Below, piece after piece: positions 37,729 to 51,200 of a stretch of DNA of 64,000 nucleotides. Positions within the stretch are counted from its first letter, which is position 1, and the number at the start of each line of letters is the position of its first letter. The position numbers were made by a program, and so were the translations under genes. Location of the stretch: the NCBI GenBank assembly GCA_964016885.1, contig OZ024742.1, positions 8,246,001 through 8,310,000 on the forward strand. The letters run 5' to 3'. Under the pieces are notes generated by a model. That model made no database searches and was not told where the DNA came from. It saw nothing but the letters and a program-made list of their open reading frames with translations. The stretch comes from Eledone cirrhosa (taxonomy: Eukaryota).

Positions 37729-38409
37729 TGTTTTTTTTAAGATAAGGGGAAATATTGCGAGAGAGAAAAAAAGCGATAGAGAATGCCAGTGAAGGAAGTC
37801 CTCACTTAGACTTCAGGTATCAACCTCGAAGAGGTAAAAAGTTGACCTCGACGGAATTTAAACTCGGAACAGAACCGAAATGAAAAACCGAGGAACACCC
37901 TTATGAATCTGGCAATCTATCGCCTTGCCTGATTTAGTAGATGAAATACCTAATCCATCCCCCAAGTTTAATATCACCACAAGGACCTTGAGAGCCTTTG
38001 GCGGACTTCTATCTGTTGGAATCATTCTGGATAGATCACCGAAATATATTCTATATCTCCCTCCATTTCTAAATGGTATTGTCTGATTCCAAGTAGTTTG
38101 AGCACATATCTACTTATAAAAACATTGGTTGGTTGTAGTTTAGACCTCTCACTCACCATTGATCAAGCAGAAATGAGATAAACATGTCCCAGATAAAACA
38201 TGTCCCAGATAAAACATGTCCCAGATAAAACCCATTTTCATATTTTATCCACAAATGTTTGCTTTACCTACAACTGCATTACCCAACAATTTTCTTATGT
38301 GATTTTGATGGTTAGACTTCGATTTAGAAGTTACCACGTCTTGAGAGGTATGGGCAGCTAAAAGTGTTCCAACACACCACGGTCAGTTGCATAATGGTTC
38401 TTATATAGA

Positions 38410-38600
38410 CGCAAGGCCAACAATTTCGGGGAGGGAAAGTCGATTTAAATCGACCCCAGTGCGTGACTGGTACTCTATTTTATCGACCCCGTAAGGATGA
38501 AAGGCAAAGTTAACCTCAGCGGGATTTGAACTCAGATCTTAAAGCGCCGTAACTCTATACTGCAAAGCATGGCGTCCGGCCCTCTACGATACTGCCCAAT
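38410..38600 (-). mobile_element. tRNA-derived SINE
   Basis: Same family as 6341-6528. Confidence 0.85.
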
Positions 38601-39229
38601 CCTTTTGGTGGATAAAAATTGATCTGAAATGAAATATTATAGAAAATAAAGAAAACAAATGACAGCAGAATTTCAATAAATCGATACCAATCAATGCGAT
38701 CGATGGTCTTTTGGCTAGCATCTAAAATTATGATTAGAAATGGCAACTGTAACAAACAAGGGTGAAGAAAACAGGTGCCGTGTAGGGTCTCTGCTTACAA
38801 CTAGATTTAAACTAAATACTCAGATGTTGATAGGACCAGGTTGGAGAATAAACTACGACGATGATGACGATGATGATGATGGGGAGGAGAGGGGATTATG
38901 ATGGTGATATGGGGGAAAAAGAGGGAGTTGGGTTGGAGGAGGTAGAACGTGGAGGATGGGGTGGATAAAGACCTCAACAAAACACAGACAGCAGGGTACG
39001 GGCGCCATGTCTGCTCTCACCTTCATGTTCGCACACGTCTCCTTTTCACGGAAATATATATTCTTGTATGTGTATATGTGTGTATTTCTGTGTCAGTGTG
39101 TCTGTGTATGTCTGTCTATGTGTATGTGTACCTGTGTGTATATGTGTGTTTCTGTGAGTATATGTCTGTTTTTGTGCATGTGTGTATGTGTGTATATGTG
39201 TTTATGTGTGCGTGTGTGTGTGTCGATGT

Positions 39230-42200
39230 GTGTGTGTGTATGTGTCTCTCTATAGTGTGTGTCTGTATGTGTGTGTATGTGTCTCTCTATAGTGTGTGTC
39301 TGTATATGTGTGTATGTGTCTCTCTATAGTGTGTGTCTGTATGTGTGTGTATGTGTCTCTCTATAGCATGTGTCTGTATATGTGTGTATGTGTCTCTCTA
39401 TAGTGTGTGTCTGTATATGTGTGTGTGTGTCTCTCTATAGTGTGTGTCTGTATATGTGTGTATGTGTCTCTCTATAGTGTGTGTCTGTATATTTGTGTAT
39501 GTGTCTCTCTATAGTGTGTGTCTCTGTATGTGTGTGTATGTGTCTCTCTAATGTGTGTGTCTGTATGTGTGTGTATGTGTCTCTCTAATGTGTGTGTCTG
39601 TATATGTGTGTATGTGTCTCTCTATAGTGTGTGTCTGTATATATGTGTATGTGTCTCTCTATTGTGTGTGTCTGTATATGTGTGTATTTGTCTCTCTATT
39701 GTGTGTGTCTGTATATGTGTGTATGTGTCTCTCTATAGTGTGTGTCTGTATATGTGTGTATTTGTCTCTCTATTGTGTGTGTCTGTATATGTGTGTGTGT
39801 GTCTCTCTATAGTATGTGTCTGTATATGTGTGTGTGTGTCTCTCTATAGTGTGTGTCTGTATATGTGTGTATGTGTCTCTCTATAGTGTGTGTCTGTATA
39901 TGTGTGTATGTGTCTCTCTATAGTGTGTGTCTGTATATGTGTGTATGTGTCTCTCTATAGTATGTGTCTGTATATGTGTGTATGTGTCTCTCTATAGTGT
40001 GTGTCTGTATATGTGTGTATGTGTCTCTCTATAGTGTGTGTCTGTATATGTGTGTATGTGTCTCTCTATAGTGTGTGTCTGTATATGTGTGTATGTGTCT
40101 CTCTATATTGTTTGTCTGTATATGTGTGTATGTGTCTCTCTATAGTATGTGTCTGTATATGTGTGTCTGTATATGTGTGTATGTGTCTCTCTATAGTGTG
40201 TGTCTGTATGTGTGTGTATGTGTCTCTCTATAGTGTGTGTCTGTATATGTGTGTATGTGTCCCTCTATAGTGTGTGTCTGTATATGTGTGTATGTGTCCC
40301 TCTATAGTGTGTGTCTGTATATGTGTGTATGTGTCTCTCTATAGTGTGTCTCTGTATGTGTGTGTGTGTGTCTCTCTATATTGTTTGTCTGTATATGTGT
40401 GTATGTGTCTCTCTATAGTGTGTGTCTGTATATGTGTGTATGTGTCTCTCTATAGTGAGTGTCTCTCTATAGTGTGTGTCTCTATATGTGTGTATGTGTC
40501 TCTCTACAGTGTGTGTCTGTATATGTGTGTATGTGTCTCTCTATATTGTGTGTCTGTATATGTGTGTATGTGTCTCTCTATAGTGTGTGTCTGTATATGT
40601 GTGTGTGTGTCTCTCTATAGTGTGTGTCTGTATGTGTGTGTATGTGTCTCTCTATAGTGTGTGTCTGTATATGTGTGTATGTGTCTCTCTATTGTGTGTG
40701 TCTGTATGTGTGTGTATGTGTCTCTCTATAGTATGTGTCTGTATATGTGTGTATGTGTCTCTCTATAGTGTGTGTCAGTATATGTGTGTATGTGTCTCTC
40801 TATTGTGTGTGTCTGTATGTGTGTGTATGTGTCTCTCTATAGTATGTGTCTGTATGTGTGTGTCTGTGTCTCTCTATAGTGTGTGTCTGTATATGTGTGT
40901 ATGTGTCTCTCTATAGTGTGTGTCTGTATATGTGTGTGTGTGTCTCTCTATAGTGTGTGTCTGTATATGTGTGTATGTGTCTCTCTATAGTGTGTGTCTG
41001 TATATGTGTGTATGTGTCTCTCTGTTGTGTGTGTCTGTATGTGTGTGTATGTGTCTCTCTATAGTGTGTGTCTGTATACGTGTGTATGTGTCTCTCTATA
41101 GTGTGTGTCTATATATGTGTGTATGTGTCTCTCTATAGTGTGTGTCTGTATATGTGTGTATGTGTCTCTCTATAGTGTGTGTCTGTATATGTGTGTATGT
41201 GTCTCTCTATAGTGTGTGTGTATATGTGTGTATGTGTCTCTCTATTGTGTGTGTCTGTATGTGTGTGTATGTGTCTCTCGATAGTATGTGTATTTGCGTG
41301 TGTGTCTGTATATGTGTGTATGTGTCTCTCTATAGTGTGTGTCTGTATATGTGTGTATGTGTCTCTCTATAGTGTGTGTCTGTATATGTGTGTGTGTGTC
41401 TCTCTATAGTGTGTGTCTGTATGTGTGTGTATGTGTCTCTCTAATGTGTGTGTCTGTATATGTGTGTATGTGTCTCTCTATAGTATGTGTCTGTATATGT
41501 GTGTCTGTATATGTGTGTATGTGTCTCTCTATAGTATGTGTCTGTATATGTGTGTGTGTCTCTCTATAGTGTGTGTCTGTATATGTGTGTATGTGTCTCT
41601 CTATAGTGTGTGTCTGTATATGTGTGTATGTGTCTCTCTATAGTGTGTGTCTGTATATGTGTGTATGTGTCTCTCTATAGTGTGTGTCTGTATATGTGTG
41701 TATGTGTCTCTCTATATTGTGTGTCTGTATATGTGTGTATGTGTCTCTCTATTGTGTGTGTGTCTGTATATGTGTGTATGTCTCTCTCTATAGTGTGTGT
41801 CTGTATATGTGTGTATGTGTCTCTCTAATGTGTGTGTCTGTATATGTGTGTATTTGTCTCTCTATAGTATGTGTCTGTATATGTGTGTATGTGTCTCTCT
41901 ATAGTATGTGTCTGTATATGTGTGTATGTGTCTCTCTATTGTGTGTGTGTCTGTATATGTGTGTATGTCTCTCTCTATAGTGTGTGTCTGTATATGTGTG
42001 TATGTGTCTCTCTAATGTGTGTGTCTGTATATGTGTGTATTTGTCTCTCTATAGTATGTGTCTGTATATGTGTGTATGTGTCTCTCTATAGTATGTGTCT
42101 GTATATGTGTGTATGTGTCTCTCTATTGTGTGTGTCTGTATGTGTGTGTATGTGTCTCTCTATAGTATGTGTCTATATGTGTGTGTCTGTATATGTGTGT

Positions 42201-45200
42201 ATGTGTCTCTCTATAGTGTGTATCTGTATATGTGTGTATGTGTCTCTCTATAGTGTGTGTCTGTATATGTGTGTATGTGTCTCTCTATAGTGTGTGTCTG
42301 TATATGTGTGTATGTGTCTCTCTATAGTGTGTGTCTGTATATGTGTGTATGTGTCTCTCTATAGTGTGTGTCTGTATATGTGTGTATGTGTCTCTCTATA
42401 TTGTGTGTCTGTATATGTGTGTATGTGTCTCTCTATAGTGTGTGTCTGTATATGTGTGTGTGTGTCTCTCTATAGTGTGTGTCTGTATGTGTGTGTGTGT
42501 GTCTCTCTATAGTGTGTGTCTGTATATGTGTGTCTGTATATGTGTGTATGTGTCTCTCTATTGTGTGTGTCTGTATGTGTGTGTATGTGTCTCTCTATAG
42601 TATGTGTCTGTATGTGTGTGTCTGTGTCTCTCTATAGTGTGTGTCTGTATATGTGTGTATGTATCTCTCTATAGTGTGTGTCTGTATATGTGTGTGTGTG
42701 TCTCTCTATAGTGTGTGTCTGTATATGTGTGTATGTGTCTCTCTATAGTGTGTGTCTGTATATGTGCGTATGTGTCTCTCTGTTGTGTGTGTCTATATGT
42801 GTGTGTATGTGTCTCTCTATAGTGTGTGTCTGTATATGTGTGTATGTGTCTCTCTATAGTGTGTGTCTATATATGTGTGTATGTGTCTCTCTATAGTGTG
42901 TGTCTGTATATGTGTGTATGTGTCTCTCTATAGTGTGTGTCTGTATATGTGTGTATGTGTCTCTCTATAGTGTGTGTCTGTATATGTGTGTATGTGTCTC
43001 TCTATTGTGTGTGTCTGTATGTGTGTGTATGTGTCTCTCTATAGTATGTGTGTGTATGTGTGTGTCTGTGTCTCTCTATAGTATGTGTCTATATATGTGT
43101 GTATGTGTCTCTCTATAGTGTGTGTCTGTATGTGTGTGTATGTGTCTCTCTATAGTGTGTGTCTGTATATGTGTGTGTGTGTCTCTCTATAGTGTGTGTC
43201 TGTATATGTGTGTATGTGTCTCTCTATAGTGTGTGTCTGTATGTGTGTGTATGTGTCTCTCTATAGTACGTGTCTGTATATGTGTGTATGTGTCTCTCTA
43301 TAGTGTGTGTCTGTATATGTGTGTATGTGTCTCTCTATTGTGTGTGTCTGTATGTGTGTGTATGTGTCTCTCTATAGTATGTGTATTTGTGTGTGTGTCT
43401 GTATATGTGTGTATGTGTCTCTCTATAGTGTGTGTCTGTATATGTGTGTGTGTGTCTCTCTATAGTGTGTGTCTGTATGTGTGTGTATGTGTCTCTCTAA
43501 TGTGTGTGTCTGTATATGTGTGTATGTGTCTCTCTATAGTATGTGTATTTGTGTGTGTGTCTGTATATGTGTGTATGTGTCTCTCTATAGTGTGTGTCTG
43601 TATGTGTGTGTATGTGTCTCTCTATAGTGTGTCTCTGTATATATGTGTGTGTGTCTCTCTATAGTGTGTGTCTGTATATGTGTGTATGTGTCTCTCTATA
43701 GTGTGTGTCTATATATGTGTGTATGTGTCTCTCTATAGTGTGTGTCTGTATATGTGTGTATGTGTCTCTCTATTGTGTGTGTCTCTATGTGTGTGTATGT
43801 GTCTCTCTATAGTATGTGTATTTGTGTGTGTGTCTGTATATGTGTGTATGTGTCTCTCTATAGTGTGTGTCTGTATATGTGTGTATGTGTCTCTCTATAG
43901 TGTGTATCTGTATATGTGTGTGTGTGTCTCTCTATAGTGTGTGTCTGTATGTGTGTGTATGTGTCTCTCTAATGTGTGTGTCTGTATATGTGTGTATGTG
44001 TCTCTCTATAGTATGTGTCTGTATATGTGTGTCTGTATATGTGTGTATGTGTCTCTCTATAGTGTGTGTCTGTATATGTGTGTATGTGTCTCTCTGTTGT
44101 GTGTGTCTGTATGTGTGTGTATGTGTCTCTCTATAGTGTGTGTCTGTATATGTGTGTATGTGTCTCTCTATAGTGTGTGTCTATATATGTGTGTATGTGT
44201 CTCTCTATAGTGTGTGTCTCTCTATAGTGTGTGTCTGTATATGTGTGTATGTGTCTCTCTATAGTGTGTGTCTGTATATGTGTGTATGTGTCTCTCTATT
44301 GTGTGTGTCTGTATGTGTGTGTATGTGTCTCTCTATAGTATGTGTGTGTATGTGTGTGTCTGTGTCTCTCTATAGTATGTGTCTGTATATGTGTGTATGT
44401 GTCTCTCTATAGTGTGTGTCTGTATGTGTGTGTATGTGTCCCTCTATAGTGTGTGTCTGTATATGTGTGTCTGTATATGTGTGTATGTGTCTCTCTATAG
44501 TGTGTGTCTGTATGTGTGTGTATGTGTCTCTCTAATGTGTGTGTCTGTATATGTGTGTATGTGTCTCTCTATAGTACGTGTCTGTATATGTGTGTGTGTG
44601 TCTCTCTATAGTGTGTGTCTGTATATGTGTGTATGTGTCTCTCTATAGTGTGTGTCTGTATATGTGTGTATGTGTCTCTCTATAGTGTGTGTCTGTATAT
44701 GTGTGTATGTGTCTCTCTATATTGTGTGTCTGTATATGTGTGTATGTGTCTCTCTATAGTGTGTGTCTGCATGTGTGTGTATGTGACTTTCTATTGTGTG
44801 TCTGTATATGTGTGTATGTGTCTCTCTATAGTGTGTGTCTGTATATGTGTGTATGTGTCTCTCTATATTGTGTGTCTGTATATGTGTGTATGTGTCTCTC
44901 TATAGTGTGTGTCTGTATATGTGTGTATGTGTCTCTCTATATTGTGTGTCTGTATATGTGTGTATGTGTCTCTCTATAGTGTTTGTCTGTATATGTGTGT
45001 ATGTGTCTCTCTATATTGTGTGTCTGTATATGTGTGTATGTGTCTCTCTATAGTGTGTGTCTGTATATGTGTATGTGTCTCTCTATAGTGTGTGTCTGTA
45101 TATGTGTGTATGTGTCTCTCTATAGTGTGTGTCTGTATATGTGTGTGTGTGTCTCTCTATAGTGTGTGTCTGTATATGTGTGTATGTGTCTCTCTATAGT

Positions 45201-48200
45201 ATGTGTCTGTATATGTGTGTATGTGTCTCTCTATAGTGTGTGTCTGTATGTGTGTATGTGTCTCTCTATAGTGTGTGTCTGTATATGTGTGTGTCTCTCT
45301 ATAGTGTGTTTCTGTATATGTGTGTATGTGTCTCTCTATAGTGTGTGTCTGTATATGAGTGTATGTGTCTCTCTATAGTGTGTGTCTGTATATGTGTGTA
45401 TGTGTCTCTCTATAGTGTGTGTCTGTATATGTGTGTATGTGTCTCTCTATATTGTGTGTCTGTATATGTGTGTATGTGTCTCTCTATAGTGTGTGTCTGC
45501 ATGTGTGTGTATGTGACTCTCTATTGTGTGTCTGTATATGTGTGTATGTGTCTCTCTATAGTGTGTGTCTGTATATGTGTGTATGTGTCTCTCTATATTG
45601 TGTGTCTGTATATGTGTGTATGTGTCTCTCTATAGTGTGTGTCTGTATATGTGTGTATGTGTCTCTCTATATTGTGTGTCTGTATATGTGTGTATGTGTC
45701 TCTCTATAGTGTGTGTCTGTATATGTGTGTATGTGTCTCTCTATAGTGTGTGTCTGTATATGTGTGTATGTGTCTCTCTATAGTGTGTGTCTGTATATGT
45801 GTGTGTGTGTCTCTCTATAGTGTGTGTCTGTATATGTGTGTGTCTGTCTCTCTATAGTGTGTGTCTGTATATGTGTGTATGTGTCTCTCTATAGTGTGTG
45901 TGTGTATGTGCGTGTATGTGTCTCTCTATTGTGTGTGTCTGTATGTGCGTGTATGTGTCTCTCTATAGTGTGTCTCTGTATGTGTGTGTGTGTGTCTCTC
46001 TATAGTGTGTCTCTCTACAGTGTGTGTCTGTATATGTGTGTATGTGTCTCTCTATAGTGTGTGTCTGTATGTGTGTGTATGTGTCTCTCTATTGTGTGTG
46101 TGTCTGTATATGTGTGTATGTGTCTCTCTATAGTGTGTGTCTGTATATGTGTGTGTGTGTCTCTCTATAGTGTGTGTCTGTATATGTGTGTGTGTGTCTC
46201 TCTATAGTATGTGTCTGTATATGTGTGTATGGGTCTCTCTGTAGTGTGTGTCTGTATGTGTGTGTATGTGTCTCTCTATAGTGTGTGTCTGTATATGTGT
46301 GTATGTGTCTCTCTATAGTATGTGTCTGTATATGTGTGTATGTGTCTCTCTATAGTGTGTGTCTGTATGTGTGTGTATGTGTCTCTCTATATTGTGTGTC
46401 TGTATATGTGTGTGTGTGTCTTTCTATAGTGTGTGTCTGTATATGTGTGTATGTGTCTCTCTATAGTGTGTGTCTGTATGTGTGTGTATGTGTCTCTCTA
46501 TTGTGTGTGTCTGTATGTGCGTGTATGTGTCTCTCTATAGTGTGTCTCTCTATAGTGTGTGTCTTTATATGTGTGTATGTGTCTCTCTATAGTGTGTGTC
46601 TGTATGTGTGTGCATGTGTCTCTCTATTGTGTGTGTCTGTATATGTGTGTATGTGTCTCTCTATAGTGTGTGTCTGTATATGTGTCTGTGTGTCTCTCTA
46701 TAGTGTGTGTCTGTATATGTGTGTGTGTGTCTCTCTATAGTATGTGTCTGTATATGTGTGTATGTGTCTCTCTATAGTGTGTGTCTGTATATGTGTGTAT
46801 GTGTCTCTCTATAGTGTGTGTCTGTATGTGTGTGTATGTGTCTCTCTATAGAGTGTGTCTGTATATGTGTGTGTGTGTCTCTCTATAGTGTGTGTCTGTA
46901 TATGTGTGTATGTGTCTCTCTATAGTGTGTGTCTGTATGTGTGTGTATGTGTCTCTCTATAGTGTGTGTCTGTATATGTGTGTATGTGTCTCTCTATAGT
47001 ATGTGTCTGTATATGTGTGTATGTGTCTCTCTATAGTGTGTGTCTGTATGTGTGTGTATGTGTCTCTCCTTTGTGTGTGTCTGTATGTGCGTGTATGTGT
47101 CTCTCTATAGTGTGTCTCTCTATAGTGTGTGTCTATATATGTGTGTATGTGTCTCTCTATAGTGTGTGTCTGTATATGTGTGTATGTGTCTCTCTATAGT
47201 GTGTGTCTGTATATGTGTGTATGTGTCTCTCTATAGTGTGTGTCTGTATATGTGTGTATGTGTCTCTCTATTGTGTGTGTCTGTATGTGTGTGTATGTGT
47301 CTCTCTATAGTATGTGTGTGTATGTGTGTGTCTGTGTTCTCTCTATAGTATGTGTCTGTATATGTGTGTATGTGTCTCTCTATAGTGTGTGTCTGTATGT
47401 GTGTGTATGTGTCTCTCTATAGAGTGTGTCTGTATATGTGTGTCTGTATATGTGTGTATGTGTCTCTCTATAGTGTGTGTCTGTATGTGTGTGTATGTGT
47501 CTCTCTAATGTGTGTGTCTGTATATGTGTGTATGTGTCTCTCTATAGTATGTGTCTGTATATGTGTGTCTGTATATGTGTGTATGTGTCTCTCTATAGTA
47601 TGTGTCTGTATATGTGTGTATGTGTCTCTCTATAGTGTGTGTCTGTATATGTGTGTATGTGTCTCTCTATAGTGTGTGTCTGTATATGTGTGTATGTGTC
47701 TCTCTATAGTGTGTGTCTGTATATGTGTGTATGTGTCTCTCTATAGTGTGTGTCTGTATATGTGTGTATGTGTCTCTCTATATTGTGTGTCTGTATATGT
47801 GTGTATGTGTCTCTCTATAGTGTGTGTCTGTATATGTGTGTATGTGACTCTCTATTGTGTGTCTGTATATGTATGTATGTGTCTCTCTATAGTGTGTGTC
47901 TGTATATGTGTGTATGTGTCTCTCTATATTGTGTGTCTGTATATGTGTGTATGTGTCTCTCTATAGTGTTTGTCTGTATATGTGTGTATGTGTCTCTCTA
48001 TATTGTGTGTCTGTATATGTGTGTATGTGTCTCTCTATAGTGTGTGTCTGTATATGTGTGTATGTGTCTCTCTATAGTGTGTGTCTGTATATGTGTGTGT
48101 GTGTCTCTCTATAGTGTGTGTCTGTATATGTGTGTATGTGTCTCTCTATAGTGTGTGTCTGTATATGTGTGTATGTGTCTCTCTATAGTGTGTGTCTGTA

Positions 48201-51200
48201 TATGTGTGTATGTGTCTCTCTATAGTGTGTGTCTGTATATGTGTGACTCTCTATAGTGTGTGTCTGTATATGTGTGTGTGTGTCTCTCTATAGTGTGTGT
48301 CTGTATATGTGTGTATGTGTCTCTCTATAGTGTGTGTCTGTATGTGTGTGTATGTGTCTCTCTATTGTGTGTGTCTGTATGTGCGTGTATGTGTCTCTCT
48401 ATAGTGTGTCTCTGTATGTGTGTGTGTGTCTCTCTCTATAGTGTGTGTCTGTATATGTGTGTATGTGTCTCTCTATAGTGTGTGTCTGTATATGTGTGTA
48501 TGTGTCTCTCTATAGTGTGTGTCTGTATATGTGTGTGTGTGTCTCTCTATAGTGTGTGTCTGTATATGTGTGTATGTGTCTCTCTATAGTGTGTGTCTGT
48601 ATATGTGTGTGTGTGTCTCTCTATAGTGTGTGTCTGTATATGTGTGTGTGTGTCTCTCTATAGTATGTGTCTGTATATGTGTGTATGTGTCTCTCTATAG
48701 TGTGTGTCTGTATGTGTGTGTATGTGTCTCTCTATAGTGTGTGTCTGTATATGTGTGTATGTGTCTCTCTATATTGTGTGTCTGTATATGTGTGTATGTG
48801 TCTCTCTATAGTGTGTGTCTGTATATGTGTGTATGTGACTCTCTATTGTGTGTCTGTATATGTGTGTATGTGTCTCTCTATAGTATGTGTCTGTATATGT
48901 GTGTATGTGTCTCTCTATAGTGTGTGTCTGTATATGTGTGTATGTGTCTCTCTATAGTGTGTGTCTGTATATGTGTGTATGTGTCTCTCTATAGTGTGTG
49001 TCTGTATATGTGTGTATGTGTCTCTCTATAGTGTGTGTCTGTATATGTGTGTATGTGTCTCTCTATATTGTGTGTCTGTATATGTGTGTATGTGTCTCTC
49101 TATAGTGTGTGTCTGTATATGTGTGTATGTGACTCTCTATTGTGTGTCTGTATATGTGTGTATGTGTCTCTCTATAGTGTGTGTCTGTATATGTGTGTAT
49201 GTGTCTCGCTATATTGTGTGTCTGTATATGTGTGTATGTGTCTCTCTATAGTGTTTGTCTGTATATGTGTGTATGTGGCTCTCTATATTGTGTGTCTGTA
49301 TATGTGTGTATGTGTCTCTCTATAGTGTGTGTCTGTATATGTGTGTATGTGTCTCTCTATAGTGTGTGTCTGTATATGTGTGTGTGTGTCTCTCTATAGT
49401 GTGTGTCTGTATATGTGTGTGTGTGTCTCTCTATAGTGTGTGTCTGTATATGTGTGTATGTGTCTCTCTATAGTGTGTGTCTGTATATGTGTGTATGTGT
49501 CTCTCTATAGTGTGTGTCTGTATATGTGTGTATGTGTCTCTCTATAGTGTGTGTCTGTATATGTGTGTCTCTCTATAGTGTGTGTCTGTATATGTGTGTG
49601 TGTGTCTCTCTATAGTGTGTGTCTGTATATGTGTGTATGTGTCTCTCTATAGTGTGTGTCTGTATGTGTGTGTATGTGTCTCTCTATTGTGTGTGTCTGT
49701 ATGTGCGTGTATGTGTCTCTCTATAGTGCGTCTCTGTATGTGTGTGTGTGTCTCTCTCTATAGTGTGTGTCTGTATATGTGTGTATGTGTCTCTCTATAG
49801 TGTGTGTCTGTATATGTGTGTATGTGTCTCTCTATAGTGTGTGTCTGTATATGTGTGTGTGTGTCTCTCTATAGTGTGTGTCTGTATATGTGTGTATGTG
49901 TCTCTCTATAGTGTGTGTCTGTATATGTGTGTGTGTGTCTCTCTATAGTGTGTGTCTGTATATGTGTGTGTGTGTCTCTCTATAGTATGTGTCTGTATAT
50001 GTGTGTATGTGTCTCTCTATAGTGTGTGTCTGTATGTGTGTGTATGTGTCTCTCTATAGTGTGTGTCTGTATATGTGTGTATGTGTCTCTCTATATTGTG
50101 TGTCTGTATATGTGTGTATGTGTCTCTCTATAGTGTGTGTCTGTATATGTGTGAATGTGACTCTCTATTGTGTGTCTGTATATGTGTGTATGTGTCTCTC
50201 TATAGTGTGTGTCTGTATATGTGTGTATGTGTCTCTCTATATTGTGTGTCTGTATATGTGTGTATGTGTCTCTCTATAGTGTTTGTCTGTATATGTGTGT
50301 ATGTGTCTCTCTATATTGTGTGTGTGTATATGTGTGTATGTGTCTCTCTATAGTGTGTCTCTGTATGTGTGTGTGTGTGTCTCTCTATAGTGTGTGTCTG
50401 TATATGTGTGTATGTGTCTCTCTATTGTGTGTGTCTGTATATGTGTGTATGTGTCTCTCTATAGTGTGTTTCTGTATATGTGTGTATGTGTCTCTCTATA
50501 GTGTGTGTCTGTATGTGTGTGTATGTGTCTCTCTATTGTGTGTGTCTGTATATGTGTGTATGTGTCTCTCTATAGTGTGTGTCTGTATATGTGTGTATGT
50601 GTCTCTCTATAGTGTGTGTCTGTATATGTGTGTGTGTGTCTCTCTATAGTGTGTGTCTGTATATGTGTGTATGTGTCTCTCTATAGTGTGTGTCTGTATA
50701 TGTGTGTGTGTGTCTCTCTATAGTGTGTGTCTGTATATGTGTGTGTGTGTCTCTCTATAGTATGTGTCTGTATATGTGTGTATGTGTCTCTCTATAGTGT
50801 GTGTCTGTATGTGTGTGTATGTGTCTCTCTATTGTGTGTGTCTGTATATGTGTGTATGTGTCTCTCTATAGTGTGTGTCTGTATGTGTGTGTATGTGTCT
50901 CTCTATATTGTGTGTCTGTATATGTGTGTGTGTGTCTTTCTATAGTGTGTGTCTGTATATGTGTGTATGTGTCTCTCTATAGCGTGTGTCTGTATATGTG
51001 TGTATGTGTCTCTCTATAGTGTGTGTCTGTATATGTGTGTATGTGTCTCTCTATAGTGTGTGTCTGTATGTGTGTGTGTGTGTCTCTCTCTATAGTGTGT
51101 GTCTGTATGTGTGTGTATGTGTCTCTCTAATGTGTGTGTGTGTCTCTCTATAGTGTGTGTCTGTATATGTGTGTATGTGTCTCTCTATAGTGTGTGTCTG

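Noticed and set aside
35545-38130. Exon-like minus-strand patches (a hydrophobic stretch near 35600; LYGGDVLDAI near 36650)
   Set aside because: They are interrupted by stops and frameshifts and have no consistent splice sites. The resemblance to membrane-protein motifs is too short to support.
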